From Kiritimatiellia bacterium (GTDB lineage: Bacteria; Verrucomicrobiota; Kiritimatiellia; UBA8416; JABMPJ01), in contig JADHWE010000004.1 in the NCBI GenBank assembly GCA_016783675.1, positions 4,072-68,071 of the forward strand: 64,000 nt of DNA, in the 5' to 3' direction. The first letter of the stretch is position 1. Each line of letters begins with the position of its first letter. The notes beneath the pieces were generated by a model, which was not told the DNA's origin, did not search any database, and saw only the letters and a list, made by a program, of their open reading frames with translations. Shown piece after piece: positions 1 through 9,962 of this stretch. A program made the translations under genes and the position numbers.

Positions 1-5
1 CGACG

Positions 6-1727
6 ATGGTACGGGATCGGCTTATCCTGATGCGGCCCGAGTGGTCCAACAAGCCTCAGGAGGTCCCGACGGATCAGCAGAACGCCGAGCGGCATCGTCG
101 CGGCATGATGGTGGCAACCGAGCCCGCTTCGTCCGTCGCCGAAGCCTATCGAGGCATACGTACGAGCCTCTTCTACTCCATCCCGGCCAATACCGTCCGG
201 ACGTTGGCCGTTACCTCGTGCCGGCCGCAGGAAGGCAAGACGACGACATGTTCAAACCTGGCGCTCTCAATCGCGCAGACCGGGAAGCGCGTGATGCTGA
301 TCGACGGCGACTTGCATCGTCCCATGCTCCATCGCACCCTTTGCATTGAGCGCCGGGCCGGCCTCACGAGTATCCTGGTCGGTGAATGCTCGTGGCGCGA
401 CGCGGTTGAGCGAATCGAGATCAACAAGGAAACCGAGCAGTTCCTGGACGTCATCACGTCGGGCCCCGCGTCGCCCAATCCCTCCGAGCTCCTGGGGTCG
501 GTCCAGATGCGTGAGTTCGTCGAGGAGATGCAGAAAGACTACGACTGGGTCATCATCGACACACCGCCGGTTCTGTTTGTCTCGGACGCCAGCGTGATGA
601 GCGTCCTGTGCGATGGTGTGATTGTTGTGGTGAAGTCGGGGACAAGCACGCGTACGCTCCTGCACCGTGCGCGCGAACAGCTCGACAGCGTATCGGCCAA
701 TATCCTGGGCTCCATTCTCAACAACGTTCTGGTCTCACGGATGGGGCGACACTCCTCGGCGTACTACAACTACGGCTATTCGCGCTACGCCAAGGACTAC
801 AAGAGTCTCTACTATGCCAGCAGCGATACGGAAGCGGACGAGGAGCCCGTCGTATCCGCCCCTGTACCCCCCCCTGTGCCCGTGCCCGAACCGGCTCCGG
901 CTCCGGTTGAAGAAAAGCCTGAACCAGTTGTTGAAGAGAAGGCTGAGCCGGAAGCGGGAGAACCGGAGGAAGCGGACACCAACGGCGCTGAGGACAATGG
1001 CGAAGCCGATGCGCTGTCGGAGCCCCGCGAGTATCTTGTCGATGCGCATCCGAAGTCACGCTACGCACGGCAGATTCGGAAGGCGCTGCTCCTGGCCAGG
1101 GCCGGGCATGCCGAGCGGGCCGAGGAACTGATTCAATCGCTCCTGACGCTCGAGCCGGATGACATCCCCGTGCGCGAGGCCGTGGTAAGGCTCAAGCTCG
1201 ACACGGGTAAGGCGGAGGAGGCCGAGGCGCTGGCCGGTGAGTTGTTGGCGGCCGATCCGGGCAATCCATACGGTCTTTATGTCCGTGGATCGATGGCTAT
1301 CGTGCGGGGCGAGTACGACGAGGCCAAGGACAGGCTGATGGAGAGTGTGACACAGCGTCCGCAGCCGGAGTCACTCAACAACCTGGCCTGGTTGCTCAAC
1401 GAGACAGGCCGGCACGAGGAAGCGGAGCCGTATGCAAGCCAAGCCGTCGAGATGGATCCCTCAGTTTATCACGCTTGGGATACGCTGGGGCTGGTGTTGC
1501 TCAAACAGGGCGATGTCGAGGGCGCCAGCGAAGCTTTCAAGAAGGCGCTCAAGCTGGAAGAAGGTGACATCTGCGCCAATTTGAACATGGCCGAGATCAG
1601 CGTGCGCCAGGGCAGACTCCGCGTGGCGCGCAAACTGTTGCGACATCTCGAACCCCGTCAGAACGAAATGTTGGCGTCCGAACGTGAACGCTTCCAGGCG
1701 CTCGAGATCGCCGCGATGAAGTCTTAA
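6..1727 (+). CDS. Polysaccharide biosynthesis tyrosine autokinase (Wzc/CapB type) with C-terminal TPR domain; probably 5'-truncated by window edge
   Basis: EAYRGIRTSL, Walker A SCRPQEGKTT, A' LIDGDLHRP, Walker B IIDTPP, Tyr cluster AYYNYGYSRYAKDYKSLYY, then Pro/Glu linker and TPRs (LNNLAWLL, WDTLG). Confidence 0.88.
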   Translation: MVRDRLILMRPEWSNKPQEVPTDQQNAERHRRGMMVATEPASSVAEAYRGIRTSLFYSIPANTVRTLAVTSCRPQEGKTTTCSNLALSIAQTGKRVMLIDGDLHRPMLHRTLCIERRAGLTSILVGECSWRDAVERIEINKETEQFLDVITSGPASPNPSELLGSVQMREFVEEMQKDYDWVIIDTPPVLFVSDASVMSVLCDGVIVVVKSGTSTRTLLHRAREQLDSVSANILGSILNNVLVSRMGRHSSAYYNYGYSRYAKDYKSLYYASSDTEADEEPVVSAPVPPPVPVPEPAPAPVEEKPEPVVEEKAEPEAGEPEEADTNGAEDNGEADALSEPREYLVDAHPKSRYARQIRKALLLARAGHAERAEELIQSLLTLEPDDIPVREAVVRLKLDTGKAEEAEALAGELLAADPGNPYGLYVRGSMAIVRGEYDEAKDRLMESVTQRPQPESLNNLAWLLNETGRHEEAEPYASQAVEMDPSVYHAWDTLGLVLLKQGDVEGASEAFKKALKLEEGDICANLNMAEISVRQGRLRVARKLLRHLEPRQNEMLASERERFQALEIAAMKS

Positions 1728-1737
1728 CTGTTTTACC

Positions 1738-3780
1738 ATGGGCGCAATGCGTACATCCAAGACCCAGCGTGTCCTGCAGGGCGCGGCGCGCTGGCTGGCC
1801 ACCTCGGCTGTTATCCTTTCGCCGTGGCTGTTCGGTAGCTCTGAGCCATGGGCCTACCTCATGATATCGGGCCTGGCGGGATTGGCCACCATTACGTGGC
1901 TGTTCGCCGTGGCGTGTTCTCACAGCCCCGATTTCAATCGGCCCGTATTCTCAATCCTGCTCCTGGTGTTGGTCGCCGTAACGGTTCTGCAGGTTGTGAC
2001 CATGCCGAGTGCGGTGGTTTCCGTTCTAAACCCTTTCTCGGCCACCATAACCGATGCGGCGAACAGTGCGTTTGCGGACATCGCACAGGTCGGAGGCCAG
2101 CCGGCATCCGCACCGGTAGGCTATACACTTTCGCTCTCGCCCAGCGCGACGTGGCGTAGTGTGTGGCTGTTGGTGGCCTACGTCGGTGTTGTGCTGGTTC
2201 TTATCAACACGTGTCGGCATTGGCACCACATGGCGCAGCTTGCCACGGCGGTCGTAGTGTCGGGTTTCTTCATGGCGCTGATCGCGCTGGTCCACCGCTT
2301 TTCAGGGTCATACAACATTCTCTGGATTCATGAGCCGCGCTACGGCGGCAGCATTTTCGGGCCCTTCACCAATCGCAACCATTTTGCGGCACACATGAAC
2401 ATGCTCTTCGGCATGGCGCTGGGACTGTTCCTGTCTTCGCAGCACATCAGCGAGATTCTGTCCTGGCCAAGCTGGCGAGAGCGGATCGCCTGGCTGTCGA
2501 GCCGCAGCGCGAGCCGTATCGCGCTGGCGGCGTTTGCCGTAGTTCTTATCGGTGGCGTATCCTGCGCCACCGCGTCGCGGGGCGGGATGCTGAGCCTGGC
2601 GATCGGTCTGACTGTGGCCGCCGTCGTCGTAACGCGGCATCGCAGTATCTCGCGCCCGGCACGCCTGGCCGTATTTGCCGTCTGCGCGCTGGTGGTCTTG
2701 CTTGTGTTGTGGCTCTCGCGCGAGGAAGTCTTTCACCGTCTTACCATGCTCGTGACCACCATCCGCAGCCCCATGGAAGACCTGCGGACGATTGCCACGG
2801 GTGATACACTGCGGCTCTATATGCGCTGCCCGCTGACCGGTTGCGGATTCGGCGCTTTCCGCCATGCGTACACGATCGTGCAGAGCCCTGACCTTTCGTC
2901 CCGGTGGCTGCACGCCCACAACGATTGGGCACAGCTCCTGGCCGAGGGGGGATGGATCGGAGCGGTGACTTTCCTCGGAGCCCTGGTGGTCTTTGCGAAG
3001 TATGTCATTACACGTTTCGTGGAACTGTCGGACCGCGCCCGGCTGTACGTGCTGGGCGTTTCGGTGGGGCTGTGCACCATCGGGCTGCACAGCATCGTCG
3101 ACTACAGCCTTCACAAGCCCGGCAACGCACTTCTGCTCTGCTTCCTCGTGGCCCAGGCGATCCTCGCGATTCATCTGCGGCATCGTGCGCGGCCGCAGGC
3201 GGTTCGCCACGAGCATGAATTGCTCCGTACCATGAGCCATGGTGGTCCCCGACGGCGTCGGCCCTGGCTGGAGGGCGTCGCGCGCAGACGTGTCATGCGC
3301 GGAATCGCGATCGTGGCCCTGGTTTTCATCTGTCTGCTGATGGTGCTGGAGGGGCGCGCCTTGCGTGGCGAGCTGGCTCTGTCCCGGTTCTTCTACTTTG
3401 AGAAGTTGGCCGAGAAGATGGACGAAGCGGACGTGTTGGCGTCGATCGTCAGTCGCGCGTTGGACGAGGCCGAACTGGTCAAGACGCTCGCGCCGCACAA
3501 TCCGGACGGGCTGGCGGAAGTGACATCGGGCATGCTCGCCTGGACCTTGGACGGCCGCCTCCCACGAGAGCTGCGCACCGGCGTTGCCACGCGCGCAGTC
3601 GAGAGCGCAACCGTCTCGGTACACGGGGCGCCATCTGATTACCTGCCCTGGCTGGCGCTGGCACGCACCTATTTCACGCTGGGACTGTGGGACCAGGCCG
3701 AGATCGCACTGAAACAGGCCCGCTACCTCGTGCGTCACCGTGACCAGGTGCGCATGTTTGCTGCACCCTCGGACGAATAG
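1738..3780 (+). CDS. O-antigen ligase / Wzy_C family membrane protein with C-terminal TPR-like region
   Basis: Many TM helices; GPFTNRNHFAA, SRGG, G.GFGAF, HAHNDW, HSIVDY motifs. Confidence 0.85.
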   Translation: MGAMRTSKTQRVLQGAARWLATSAVILSPWLFGSSEPWAYLMISGLAGLATITWLFAVACSHSPDFNRPVFSILLLVLVAVTVLQVVTMPSAVVSVLNPFSATITDAANSAFADIAQVGGQPASAPVGYTLSLSPSATWRSVWLLVAYVGVVLVLINTCRHWHHMAQLATAVVVSGFFMALIALVHRFSGSYNILWIHEPRYGGSIFGPFTNRNHFAAHMNMLFGMALGLFLSSQHISEILSWPSWRERIAWLSSRSASRIALAAFAVVLIGGVSCATASRGGMLSLAIGLTVAAVVVTRHRSISRPARLAVFAVCALVVLLVLWLSREEVFHRLTMLVTTIRSPMEDLRTIATGDTLRLYMRCPLTGCGFGAFRHAYTIVQSPDLSSRWLHAHNDWAQLLAEGGWIGAVTFLGALVVFAKYVITRFVELSDRARLYVLGVSVGLCTIGLHSIVDYSLHKPGNALLLCFLVAQAILAIHLRHRARPQAVRHEHELLRTMSHGGPRRRRPWLEGVARRRVMRGIAIVALVFICLLMVLEGRALRGELALSRFFYFEKLAEKMDEADVLASIVSRALDEAELVKTLAPHNPDGLAEVTSGMLAWTLDGRLPRELRTGVATRAVESATVSVHGAPSDYLPWLALARTYFTLGLWDQAEIALKQARYLVRHRDQVRMFAAPSDE

Positions 3781-3785
3781 CCTCG

Positions 3786-5243
3786 TCAGCCATCGCCGTG
3801 ATACCCCCTACACGGGTGCAGGAAGAACTTCCTGACCGGTTTGCCGTCCCGCTGGCTCCAGATCTCCTTCGGAGGATCGATCGCGGTGAACTGTTGGCGC
3901 AGGTCGTTCGGAGGCAGGCTCTCGCGCGTGACATAGAGCGCATCCTGTCCGACCTCCTTGTCGCCGTACGTTGGCCAGAGCGAGTACTGGTTCTGGACGC
4001 GCGGTCGATCCACGATGAACGTGTCCGGGTGGTCCGCCATGTAGAAGGCGAGTAGGCTGGCGGTCTGGTAGTGGTCGCCAATGACGAAGGAGAGGCTCTC
4101 GGCCTCGTTGAATTGTTCGACCCGGCGGGCCAGGTCCTGCCATCCCCGTATGCGGTAGAGCAGGGCCTCCACACGCGGAATCCGCGTGGCCGGTGCTGCC
4201 AGCAGGACCGCGGCCAGCAACACCGCGGGGGCAAGCGCCACCCATGTCAGCGTGCGCGCCACACGACTGGTAGCGCTCAGCGCGCACCAGGTACCTGCCA
4301 ATAGCGGGAGCGCACTGATAATAGCGGCGGCGGTCCAGTTGGCCTCGCCGGCATCGTTCAGGGCGAGGATGGAATAGAAGACCAGGAGCGGGATGATGAG
4401 ACTGGCCAGGAACCGGTAGGCCACCGGGGCGTTCTGGCGGATGCGTCCATGGATTAGACTGAAGACAATGCCGATGAAGAAGAGGGGCCCATAGGCGGCC
4501 AGCTGACCGACAACGTATTGGAGAAACTCCGGAACAGAGAAACGCCAGGCGCGGTCCAGCGCGCCCCGCTCCTGGAGGTGGACGAAGGTGATCCAGTCGT
4601 GGCGGGCATTCCACCACACCACCGGTGCCAGGCAGGCCAACGCCACGAGACACATCAGCCAGAAGTTTGCCCTGCGCAGGTGGCCGCGGTAAGGCTTGGA
4701 CCATGCCAGGAAGAGAGCGAAAGAGGGCAGCAGCGCCACGCTGGTATACTTGGCCAGCATCCCCAGGCCGACCAGCAGGCCGGTCAGTAGCCATGGGCCG
4801 ATCCGGTCCGTGTGTTTCGCTCTCCAGAACAGGCAGGCGGATGCCAGCCAGAAGAAGATGAAGAGCGGGTCGATCGTCATCAGCAGGCTGCCGACCACGA
4901 ACAGGGGTGTGCAAGCGGCCAGGACCAGTGTCCATAGTGCCACACGCCGGGAGAAAAGGCGCCGGGTCAGCCAATAGAGCAGGAGCAAGGTGCCCGTTCC
5001 GAAGCAGACGCTGAAGAAACGAATGCCGAGCACGGTGTTGCCAAAGATCAGCGTTCCCAGCCGAATCGTCCATGCCACCAACGGTCCCTTGCTGTAGTAG
5101 CACCAGTCGAGATGGCGCGACCACTGCCAGTAATAGGCTTCGTCGCCGATGAGGTCAAAGGTCGTGCAGATCCAGAGGCGCAGGGCGGTCAGTACGGCGA
5201 GGCCGCCCGCGATCCATCCCCAGCTCCGGTCTTCCTGCTGCAT
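3786..5243 (-). CDS. Glycosyltransferase family 39 (ArnT/PMT-like)
   Basis: DEAYYWQW..LDWCYYSKGP, GLGMLAKY motifs; polytopic membrane protein. Confidence 0.85.
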   Translation of the reverse strand: MQQEDRSWGWIAGGLAVLTALRLWICTTFDLIGDEAYYWQWSRHLDWCYYSKGPLVAWTIRLGTLIFGNTVLGIRFFSVCFGTGTLLLLYWLTRRLFSRRVALWTLVLAACTPLFVVGSLLMTIDPLFIFFWLASACLFWRAKHTDRIGPWLLTGLLVGLGMLAKYTSVALLPSFALFLAWSKPYRGHLRRANFWLMCLVALACLAPVVWWNARHDWITFVHLQERGALDRAWRFSVPEFLQYVVGQLAAYGPLFFIGIVFSLIHGRIRQNAPVAYRFLASLIIPLLVFYSILALNDAGEANWTAAAIISALPLLAGTWCALSATSRVARTLTWVALAPAVLLAAVLLAAPATRIPRVEALLYRIRGWQDLARRVEQFNEAESLSFVIGDHYQTASLLAFYMADHPDTFIVDRPRVQNQYSLWPTYGDKEVGQDALYVTRESLPPNDLRQQFTAIDPPKEIWSQRDGKPVRKFFLHPCRGYHGDG

Positions 5244-5249
5244 CCGGAG

Positions 5250-6353
5250 CTAATCCTTTCTGCGCACGAGCCGGATGCCCAGCGCGCCGAAGATGACCAC
5301 CGGCAACCAGATCAGCAGGTGCGGCTGTGCCGCCGGAACCTTCACCAGCGATTGCGCCAGCAGGGTGGTCATGTAGAAGGCGAGAAAAATAACCAGGCTC
5401 AGCGCCACACCTATGCCGGTCGACTTGCGGTGGGAGCGGATGCCCAACGGAATGCCGATCAGGATCAGGGCCAGGCTGGAGAACGCCATGGCCGAGCGGC
5501 GGTTGATTTCAAAGAGAATAAAGGAACGTTGTATGGCGAGGTCCTTCTCATCCAGCTCCGCGTACTCGGAGCGCAGGTTGCGCAGTGACGCCCATAGCTC
5601 GGTGGAGCGCGCGTCTTCTTCGTCGGGCCGGTAGGAGCCCTTCTGACCAAGCTGTTCAATCTCCAGCGCCCACTTGTCAACGTAGACCGCTTTGGGCATG
5701 TCCCTGGAGAAAGGGTTGATGCGAGCATTGACCAGGTCCATGGCCAGGTTCTTACCCTCTCCCGTCTCGTAGACACGGCCATGGTGGGCCTGGATCTCGC
5801 GCACCAATCCCGGCTCCCGGCTGTCGTAGATGCGCACATCCTTGATCCGGTCATCACGTCGGTGCCCGATGTACATCGTGACTTGCGGGGTTATGTGGAA
5901 GAAGCGGCCCTCCTCGATCAGGTCGAGCGGGGAGACCGACCGCAGGCGGGCCTGCTCGGTCCGCCGCCACAAGTGGGCGCGTGGCTCGACTTCGTGGTTG
6001 ATGTAGAGCGAGAGTATCACCAGGCCGACTACCACGACTATGGTGCTGCGGATGATCGTGCCCAATCCCAGCCCAAGTGTCTGCATCGCCATCACCTCGC
6101 CATCGTCGGAGAGCCGACCGTAGATGAGGAGACAGCTCACGAGGCAGCCCAGGGGAATGGCCATGACGATGGAGGTGGGCATCGAGTAGAGGAAGATCTT
6201 GACGATGGGCACCCAGGGAACGCCACGCGCGATGAGGTCCATCACTTTGAAGACGGCGCCAATCGAGGTGGCAAAGGTCACAAAGACCATCGCCATCACG
6301 AACGTCAGTAGAAAATCCAGCCCGACATACCGGTCGAGCGTGCGGCTTCCCAT
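5250..6353 (-). CDS. LptF/LptG family LPS export permease
   Basis: TLDRYV N-terminus, GRLSDDGEVMAM, 3+3 TM layout with periplasmic domain, GIPLG motif. Confidence 0.85.
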   Translation of the reverse strand: MGSRTLDRYVGLDFLLTFVMAMVFVTFATSIGAVFKVMDLIARGVPWVPIVKIFLYSMPTSIVMAIPLGCLVSCLLIYGRLSDDGEVMAMQTLGLGLGTIIRSTIVVVVGLVILSLYINHEVEPRAHLWRRTEQARLRSVSPLDLIEEGRFFHITPQVTMYIGHRRDDRIKDVRIYDSREPGLVREIQAHHGRVYETGEGKNLAMDLVNARINPFSRDMPKAVYVDKWALEIEQLGQKGSYRPDEEDARSTELWASLRNLRSEYAELDEKDLAIQRSFILFEINRRSAMAFSSLALILIGIPLGIRSHRKSTGIGVALSLVIFLAFYMTTLLAQSLVKVPAAQPHLLIWLPVVIFGALGIRLVRRKD

Positions 6354-6403
6354 GGTCGGCTCCTTCGCTGGTTACGTCCAGCCAGTCACGACCTTACAAC
6401 AGG

Positions 6404-6628
6404 TTAATCCCCGTTGGCCAGTTTGTAGAGCGTCAGGTCGGCCTCGTTGGCGCAGCCACAGCCGGAGCAGCCGCCTCCGCAGAGGAGTGACGTGGTTAGC
6501 TGGCCCTTGTCGACCAGCAGTCGCAGCATGGGTTCGATTGCCTCCGGCGCCATCTTGAAGTGCCGGGCGAGCTGTCGAAGCGTCATTTGGCCCCGGTCAC
6601 GCAGTAGGGCTTTGATCTCGCTCATCAT
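6404..6628 (-). CDS. feoC: FeoC-like winged-helix protein with Cys cluster
   Basis: ATG at 6628 overlaps feoB stop (ATGA); wHTH (LRQLARHF...IEPMLRLLVDKG) and CGGGCSGCGC. Confidence 0.8.
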   Translation of the reverse strand: MMSEIKALLRDRGQMTLRQLARHFKMAPEAIEPMLRLLVDKGQLTTSLLCGGGCSGCGCANEADLTLYKLANGD

Positions 6629-8928
6629 GATGACGCCTCCTGTCGCCCGCCCGCAATGCGGAGCCCGGCATAGAGGGCCACGAGAATACCGACTCCGATT
6701 CCGATCCACATGGCTGAGCTGGAGGGGTGGCGGATAAACGTACCGGCCTGGTAGAAGATCGTGGAGATCACCCACGCCAGGAGCGTGAGATAGAAGACCG
6801 CGAACGCGGCCCATTTGAACGAGGTCTCCTTGAAGATCGCGCCCACCGCAGCGACGCAGGGCGCATAGATCAGGATGAAAAGCAGGTAGGCAAATGCGCC
6901 AACTCTGCCGTCAAAAAAGCGCGCCATGGTCGCCATGGTACGGTCGCCGATCTCTATGTCTGCGGCCACGCCGTCTGCATCCGCCAGCTTGTCGCCCATC
7001 CTGACTCCGAGCGGGTCCGCCAGCCGGTCTCCGAAGTCCTCGAATCCTGCCGGTATGGCGCGGAACGAATCGATGATTCCTTCCCAGAAATCGAATGATG
7101 CTTCGTCTGTCGCCACCTCCTGTTCTGCGCTGATCTGCGTGTAGAGCGCATCAAGCGTGCCGACGACCGCCTCTTTTGCGAAGAGACCTGCGAACATCCC
7201 CACGGCGCCCGGCCAGTTCTCCGGCGTCAGCCCCATGGGGTAGAAGACCGGGGCTACTTTGCGGCTCACGGCACTCAGGACCGAATCTTCGCTGTCGGCA
7301 TGGCCGATGCTGCCGTCGGTGCCGATCGTGTTGAGGAAGCTCAGAATGATGACCGCGATGATGACGACCTGGCCGGCGCGGACGATGAAGCTCTTCAGGC
7401 GCGTCCAGGTGTGGAACAGAATTCCGCGCAGAGTGGGAAGGTGGTAGGGGGGCAGTTCCATGACGAAGGACGCGGCCTCGCCCTGTAGAATGGTCTGCTT
7501 GAAGAGCAGGCCCGTGAGAATCGCGAGCACGATGCCGATCAGATAGAGCCCGAAGATGACCAATCCGCCGCTTTGCGGGAAGAAGGCCGCCGCGAAGAGC
7601 GCATACACCGGTAGCCGCGCGCCGCACGACATGAACGGATTCATCATGATCGTCAAGATGCGGTCGCGGTCGTTTTCCAGCGTACGCGTGGCGAGGATGG
7701 CGGGCACGTTGCAGCCGAAGCCGACCAGCATCGGGATGAACGCCTTGCCGGGCAGCCCGATTGTGCGCAGGAAGCGGTCCATCACGAACGCCGCACGCGC
7801 CATGTAGCCGGAGTCTTCCAGGAACGCCAGGCAGAGGAATATGAGGGAGATCGGAGGAATGAACGTTGCGACCGTCTGGATGCCACCGCCGATGCCGTGC
7901 GCGAGCAGAGCCAGCAGCCAGTCGGGACAGGGCAGCATGCCCAGCAGAGCCGCAAAACCATCGACAAAGATGGTGCCACAGAAACCGTCGAAGAAGTCAA
8001 TGAACGGGGCACCCACGTTGATCGTGATCATAAAGACCGCGTACATGATGCCGAAGAATATCGGAATACCCACCACGCGGTTGAGGAGCACCTTGTCGAT
8101 GGCATGTGATAGGGTTCGCCTTATCTCGTTTTCGCGATGGACGACATCGCGCGCCAGGCCATGGATGAAGCCGTAGCGTCCATCCGCGATCACGATGTCA
8201 ATGTCATCGCCGGTATGGGCTTCAACGCGTTTTGATTCCGATGCGACCAGGTCGTTCAGCGCGGCGTCGCCCAGGAGATCGGCTGCGATTTCATCGCGCT
8301 CCAGCAGCTTTAGCGACAGCCAGCGCGTATTAACTGTTCGCTTCTCGGCCTCGGGTTCCACATGCGCCTCGATTCGCTTGATCGCCTTCTCAAGCTCCGA
8401 GTCGTATTGGACGCGGGTCGGGGAGACCGCGGCGCGTTGTGCCGCCTCGTTGATGGCGTTGCGCAGTGCTTCGATACCTTCTTTCTTCGGTACCACGACA
8501 GGGATCACGGAGCACCCGAGGTGGCGGGCCAGGTGTTCAACTTCCACCTTGATACGCCGCTTGCGAGCCACGTCCACCATGCTCAGAGCCACCACCACGG
8601 GAACCCGCATCTCCAGGAGCTGGGTGGTCAGGAAGAGGTTGCGCTCCACGTTGGTGGCATCGACGATGTTGACCACGACGTCTGGTTTGCTGCGCAGGAT
8701 GTGTTCCCGAGCTACGGTCTCGTCGACGGAGTAGGCGGAAAAGGAGTAGATCCCGGGCAGGTCGGTCACGTGGACCTGTGCCCCGTTATGTTCGTAGGAG
8801 CCTTCGATCCGTTCCACGGTCACGCCCGGCCAATTGCCCACCTGCTGCCGCGAGCCGGTGAGCGCGTTGAAGAGGGTGGTTTTGCCGGAGTTGGGGTTGC
8901 CGGCGATGGCGATCTCGAGCTTCTTCAT
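6625..8928 (-). CDS. feoB: Ferrous iron transporter B
   Basis: GNPNSGKTT, VGNWPGVTVE, DLPG, GFGCNVP, PFMSCGARLPVY, FVMELPPY. Confidence 0.97.
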   Translation of the reverse strand: MKKLEIAIAGNPNSGKTTLFNALTGSRQQVGNWPGVTVERIEGSYEHNGAQVHVTDLPGIYSFSAYSVDETVAREHILRSKPDVVVNIVDATNVERNLFLTTQLLEMRVPVVVALSMVDVARKRRIKVEVEHLARHLGCSVIPVVVPKKEGIEALRNAINEAAQRAAVSPTRVQYDSELEKAIKRIEAHVEPEAEKRTVNTRWLSLKLLERDEIAADLLGDAALNDLVASESKRVEAHTGDDIDIVIADGRYGFIHGLARDVVHRENEIRRTLSHAIDKVLLNRVVGIPIFFGIMYAVFMITINVGAPFIDFFDGFCGTIFVDGFAALLGMLPCPDWLLALLAHGIGGGIQTVATFIPPISLIFLCLAFLEDSGYMARAAFVMDRFLRTIGLPGKAFIPMLVGFGCNVPAILATRTLENDRDRILTIMMNPFMSCGARLPVYALFAAAFFPQSGGLVIFGLYLIGIVLAILTGLLFKQTILQGEAASFVMELPPYHLPTLRGILFHTWTRLKSFIVRAGQVVIIAVIILSFLNTIGTDGSIGHADSEDSVLSAVSRKVAPVFYPMGLTPENWPGAVGMFAGLFAKEAVVGTLDALYTQISAEQEVATDEASFDFWEGIIDSFRAIPAGFEDFGDRLADPLGVRMGDKLADADGVAADIEIGDRTMATMARFFDGRVGAFAYLLFILIYAPCVAAVGAIFKETSFKWAAFAVFYLTLLAWVISTIFYQAGTFIRHPSSSAMWIGIGVGILVALYAGLRIAGGRQEASS

Positions 8929-9410
8929 GGTGACGTGATGACCTCGATCTCGATGGCATTGGCCTCGGTCTTGCGCAGCGTCAGGTTCGATCCGCGCAGC
9001 TCGATGACCACCGGATCGCCCAGCGGCGCCACGCGTACCAGCTTGAACTCGGCCTGCTTTACCATGCCCATCCGCAGCAGCTTGTGGCGGTAGTCCCGGT
9101 CACTCGTGGCGTAGCCGGTGACTCGCGCTCTCTGACCGATCTGTAGGTCCCTGATCGTCACACGGCTCCTCACCCGAATCTTGTCTGCCATGCCGCGCCC
9201 GATCGTTATCCGGGAGTCGCCGCTGCTTAACACGACAGGACCCTCACCGCCGTCCGCGCTTCCATTCTGCACCACTTCGATCCTGGACCCGATGTTCAAT
9301 CCCTGGCTGGTGATTCGCTGCAGAAAATCGCGTCCGCCGCGCAGAGCCACCACGTAGCCGCCCTGGCCCTCTGCCATCTTGCTCAACAGTTGGCTTGACG
9401 ACTTATGCAT
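8925..9410 (-). CDS. feoA: Tandem FeoA-domain protein
   Basis: Two SH3-like FeoA repeats (RITSQGLNIG...IGRGMADKI; KLLRMGM...APLGDP...LRKTEA); ATG 9410 overlaps upstream gene end. Confidence 0.88.
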   Translation of the reverse strand: MHKSSSQLLSKMAEGQGGYVVALRGGRDFLQRITSQGLNIGSRIEVVQNGSADGGEGPVVLSSGDSRITIGRGMADKIRVRSRVTIRDLQIGQRARVTGYATSDRDYRHKLLRMGMVKQAEFKLVRVAPLGDPVVIELRGSNLTLRKTEANAIEIEVITSP

Positions 9411-9846
9411 CCTGGACAAACCCCTTGCCTTCGACCCACGTGGCGTTGCCGTTGCCCGACTGTCGGTTGTACTCAATGTAAGCAATCAGGCGCTCCAGAA
9501 TCACGTCACCCACGATGTGCTCCATCTTACAGGCGCAATCCGTGGCGGTCTTCTCGTCGACCGACAGCACTTCGGTGAAGAAATTGGCCAGCACCTCGTG
9601 ACGATGTACCACGTCACGTGCCACGCGCTCGCCCTCATTCGTGAGCGTGATCAGGTCGTACGGTTCATGGTTGATCAGGTCTCGCTTCACGAGTCCCTGC
9701 AATGCATTTGTCACGGAGGAGGCGGCCACGCTAAGGCGGTCGGCGATATCCTTGGCTCTTGCCTCACCACGCTCCGCAATCACCTGATAGATCGCCTCCA
9801 GGTAATCCTCCAAGCTGGCGCTCAGCTCTAATGCGGTCGTGCTCAC
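9403..9846 (-). CDS. DtxR/MntR family metal-dependent repressor
   Basis: SLEDYLEAIY, DIADRLSV..SV, RHEVLANFF, ACKMEH motifs; GTG start. Confidence 0.93.
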   Translation of the reverse strand: MSTTALELSASLEDYLEAIYQVIAERGEARAKDIADRLSVAASSVTNALQGLVKRDLINHEPYDLITLTNEGERVARDVVHRHEVLANFFTEVLSVDEKTATDCACKMEHIVGDVILERLIAYIEYNRQSGNGNATWVEGKGFVQDA

Positions 9847-9909
9847 GATGCCTCTTCCCCCCCCCTATGCCGTCGCCCCTCGATGGGGGCACGTCCGACA
9901 AGTCGCATA

Positions 9910-9925
9910 TTTAGACATGTCTAAA
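9910..9925. promoter_or_regulatory. Putative DtxR/MntR operator 1 (perfect palindrome TTTAGACATGTCTAAA)
   Basis: 16-bp perfect palindrome 64 bp upstream of the repressor start; TTAG-N6-CTAA pattern. Confidence 0.75.
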
Positions 9926-9942
9926 GTACGGTCGCAACCTTT

Positions 9943-9960
9943 TTTTAGTCATAGCTAAAA
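9943..9960. promoter_or_regulatory. Putative DtxR/MntR operator 2 (TTTTAGtcatagCTAAAA)
   Basis: Same TTTAG-N6-CTAAA geometry as operator 1; abuts the IS insertion site. Confidence 0.65.
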
Positions 9961-9962
9961 TA

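Noticed and set aside
860-960. Pro/Glu-coding short repeats in the Wzc linker
   Set aside because: Explained by the low-complexity protein linker, not a DNA-level element
2308-5124. 476-aa and 438-aa alternative ORFs over the ligase and GT39 genes
   Set aside because: Antisense or off-frame shadows with low-complexity composition and no recognisable domains
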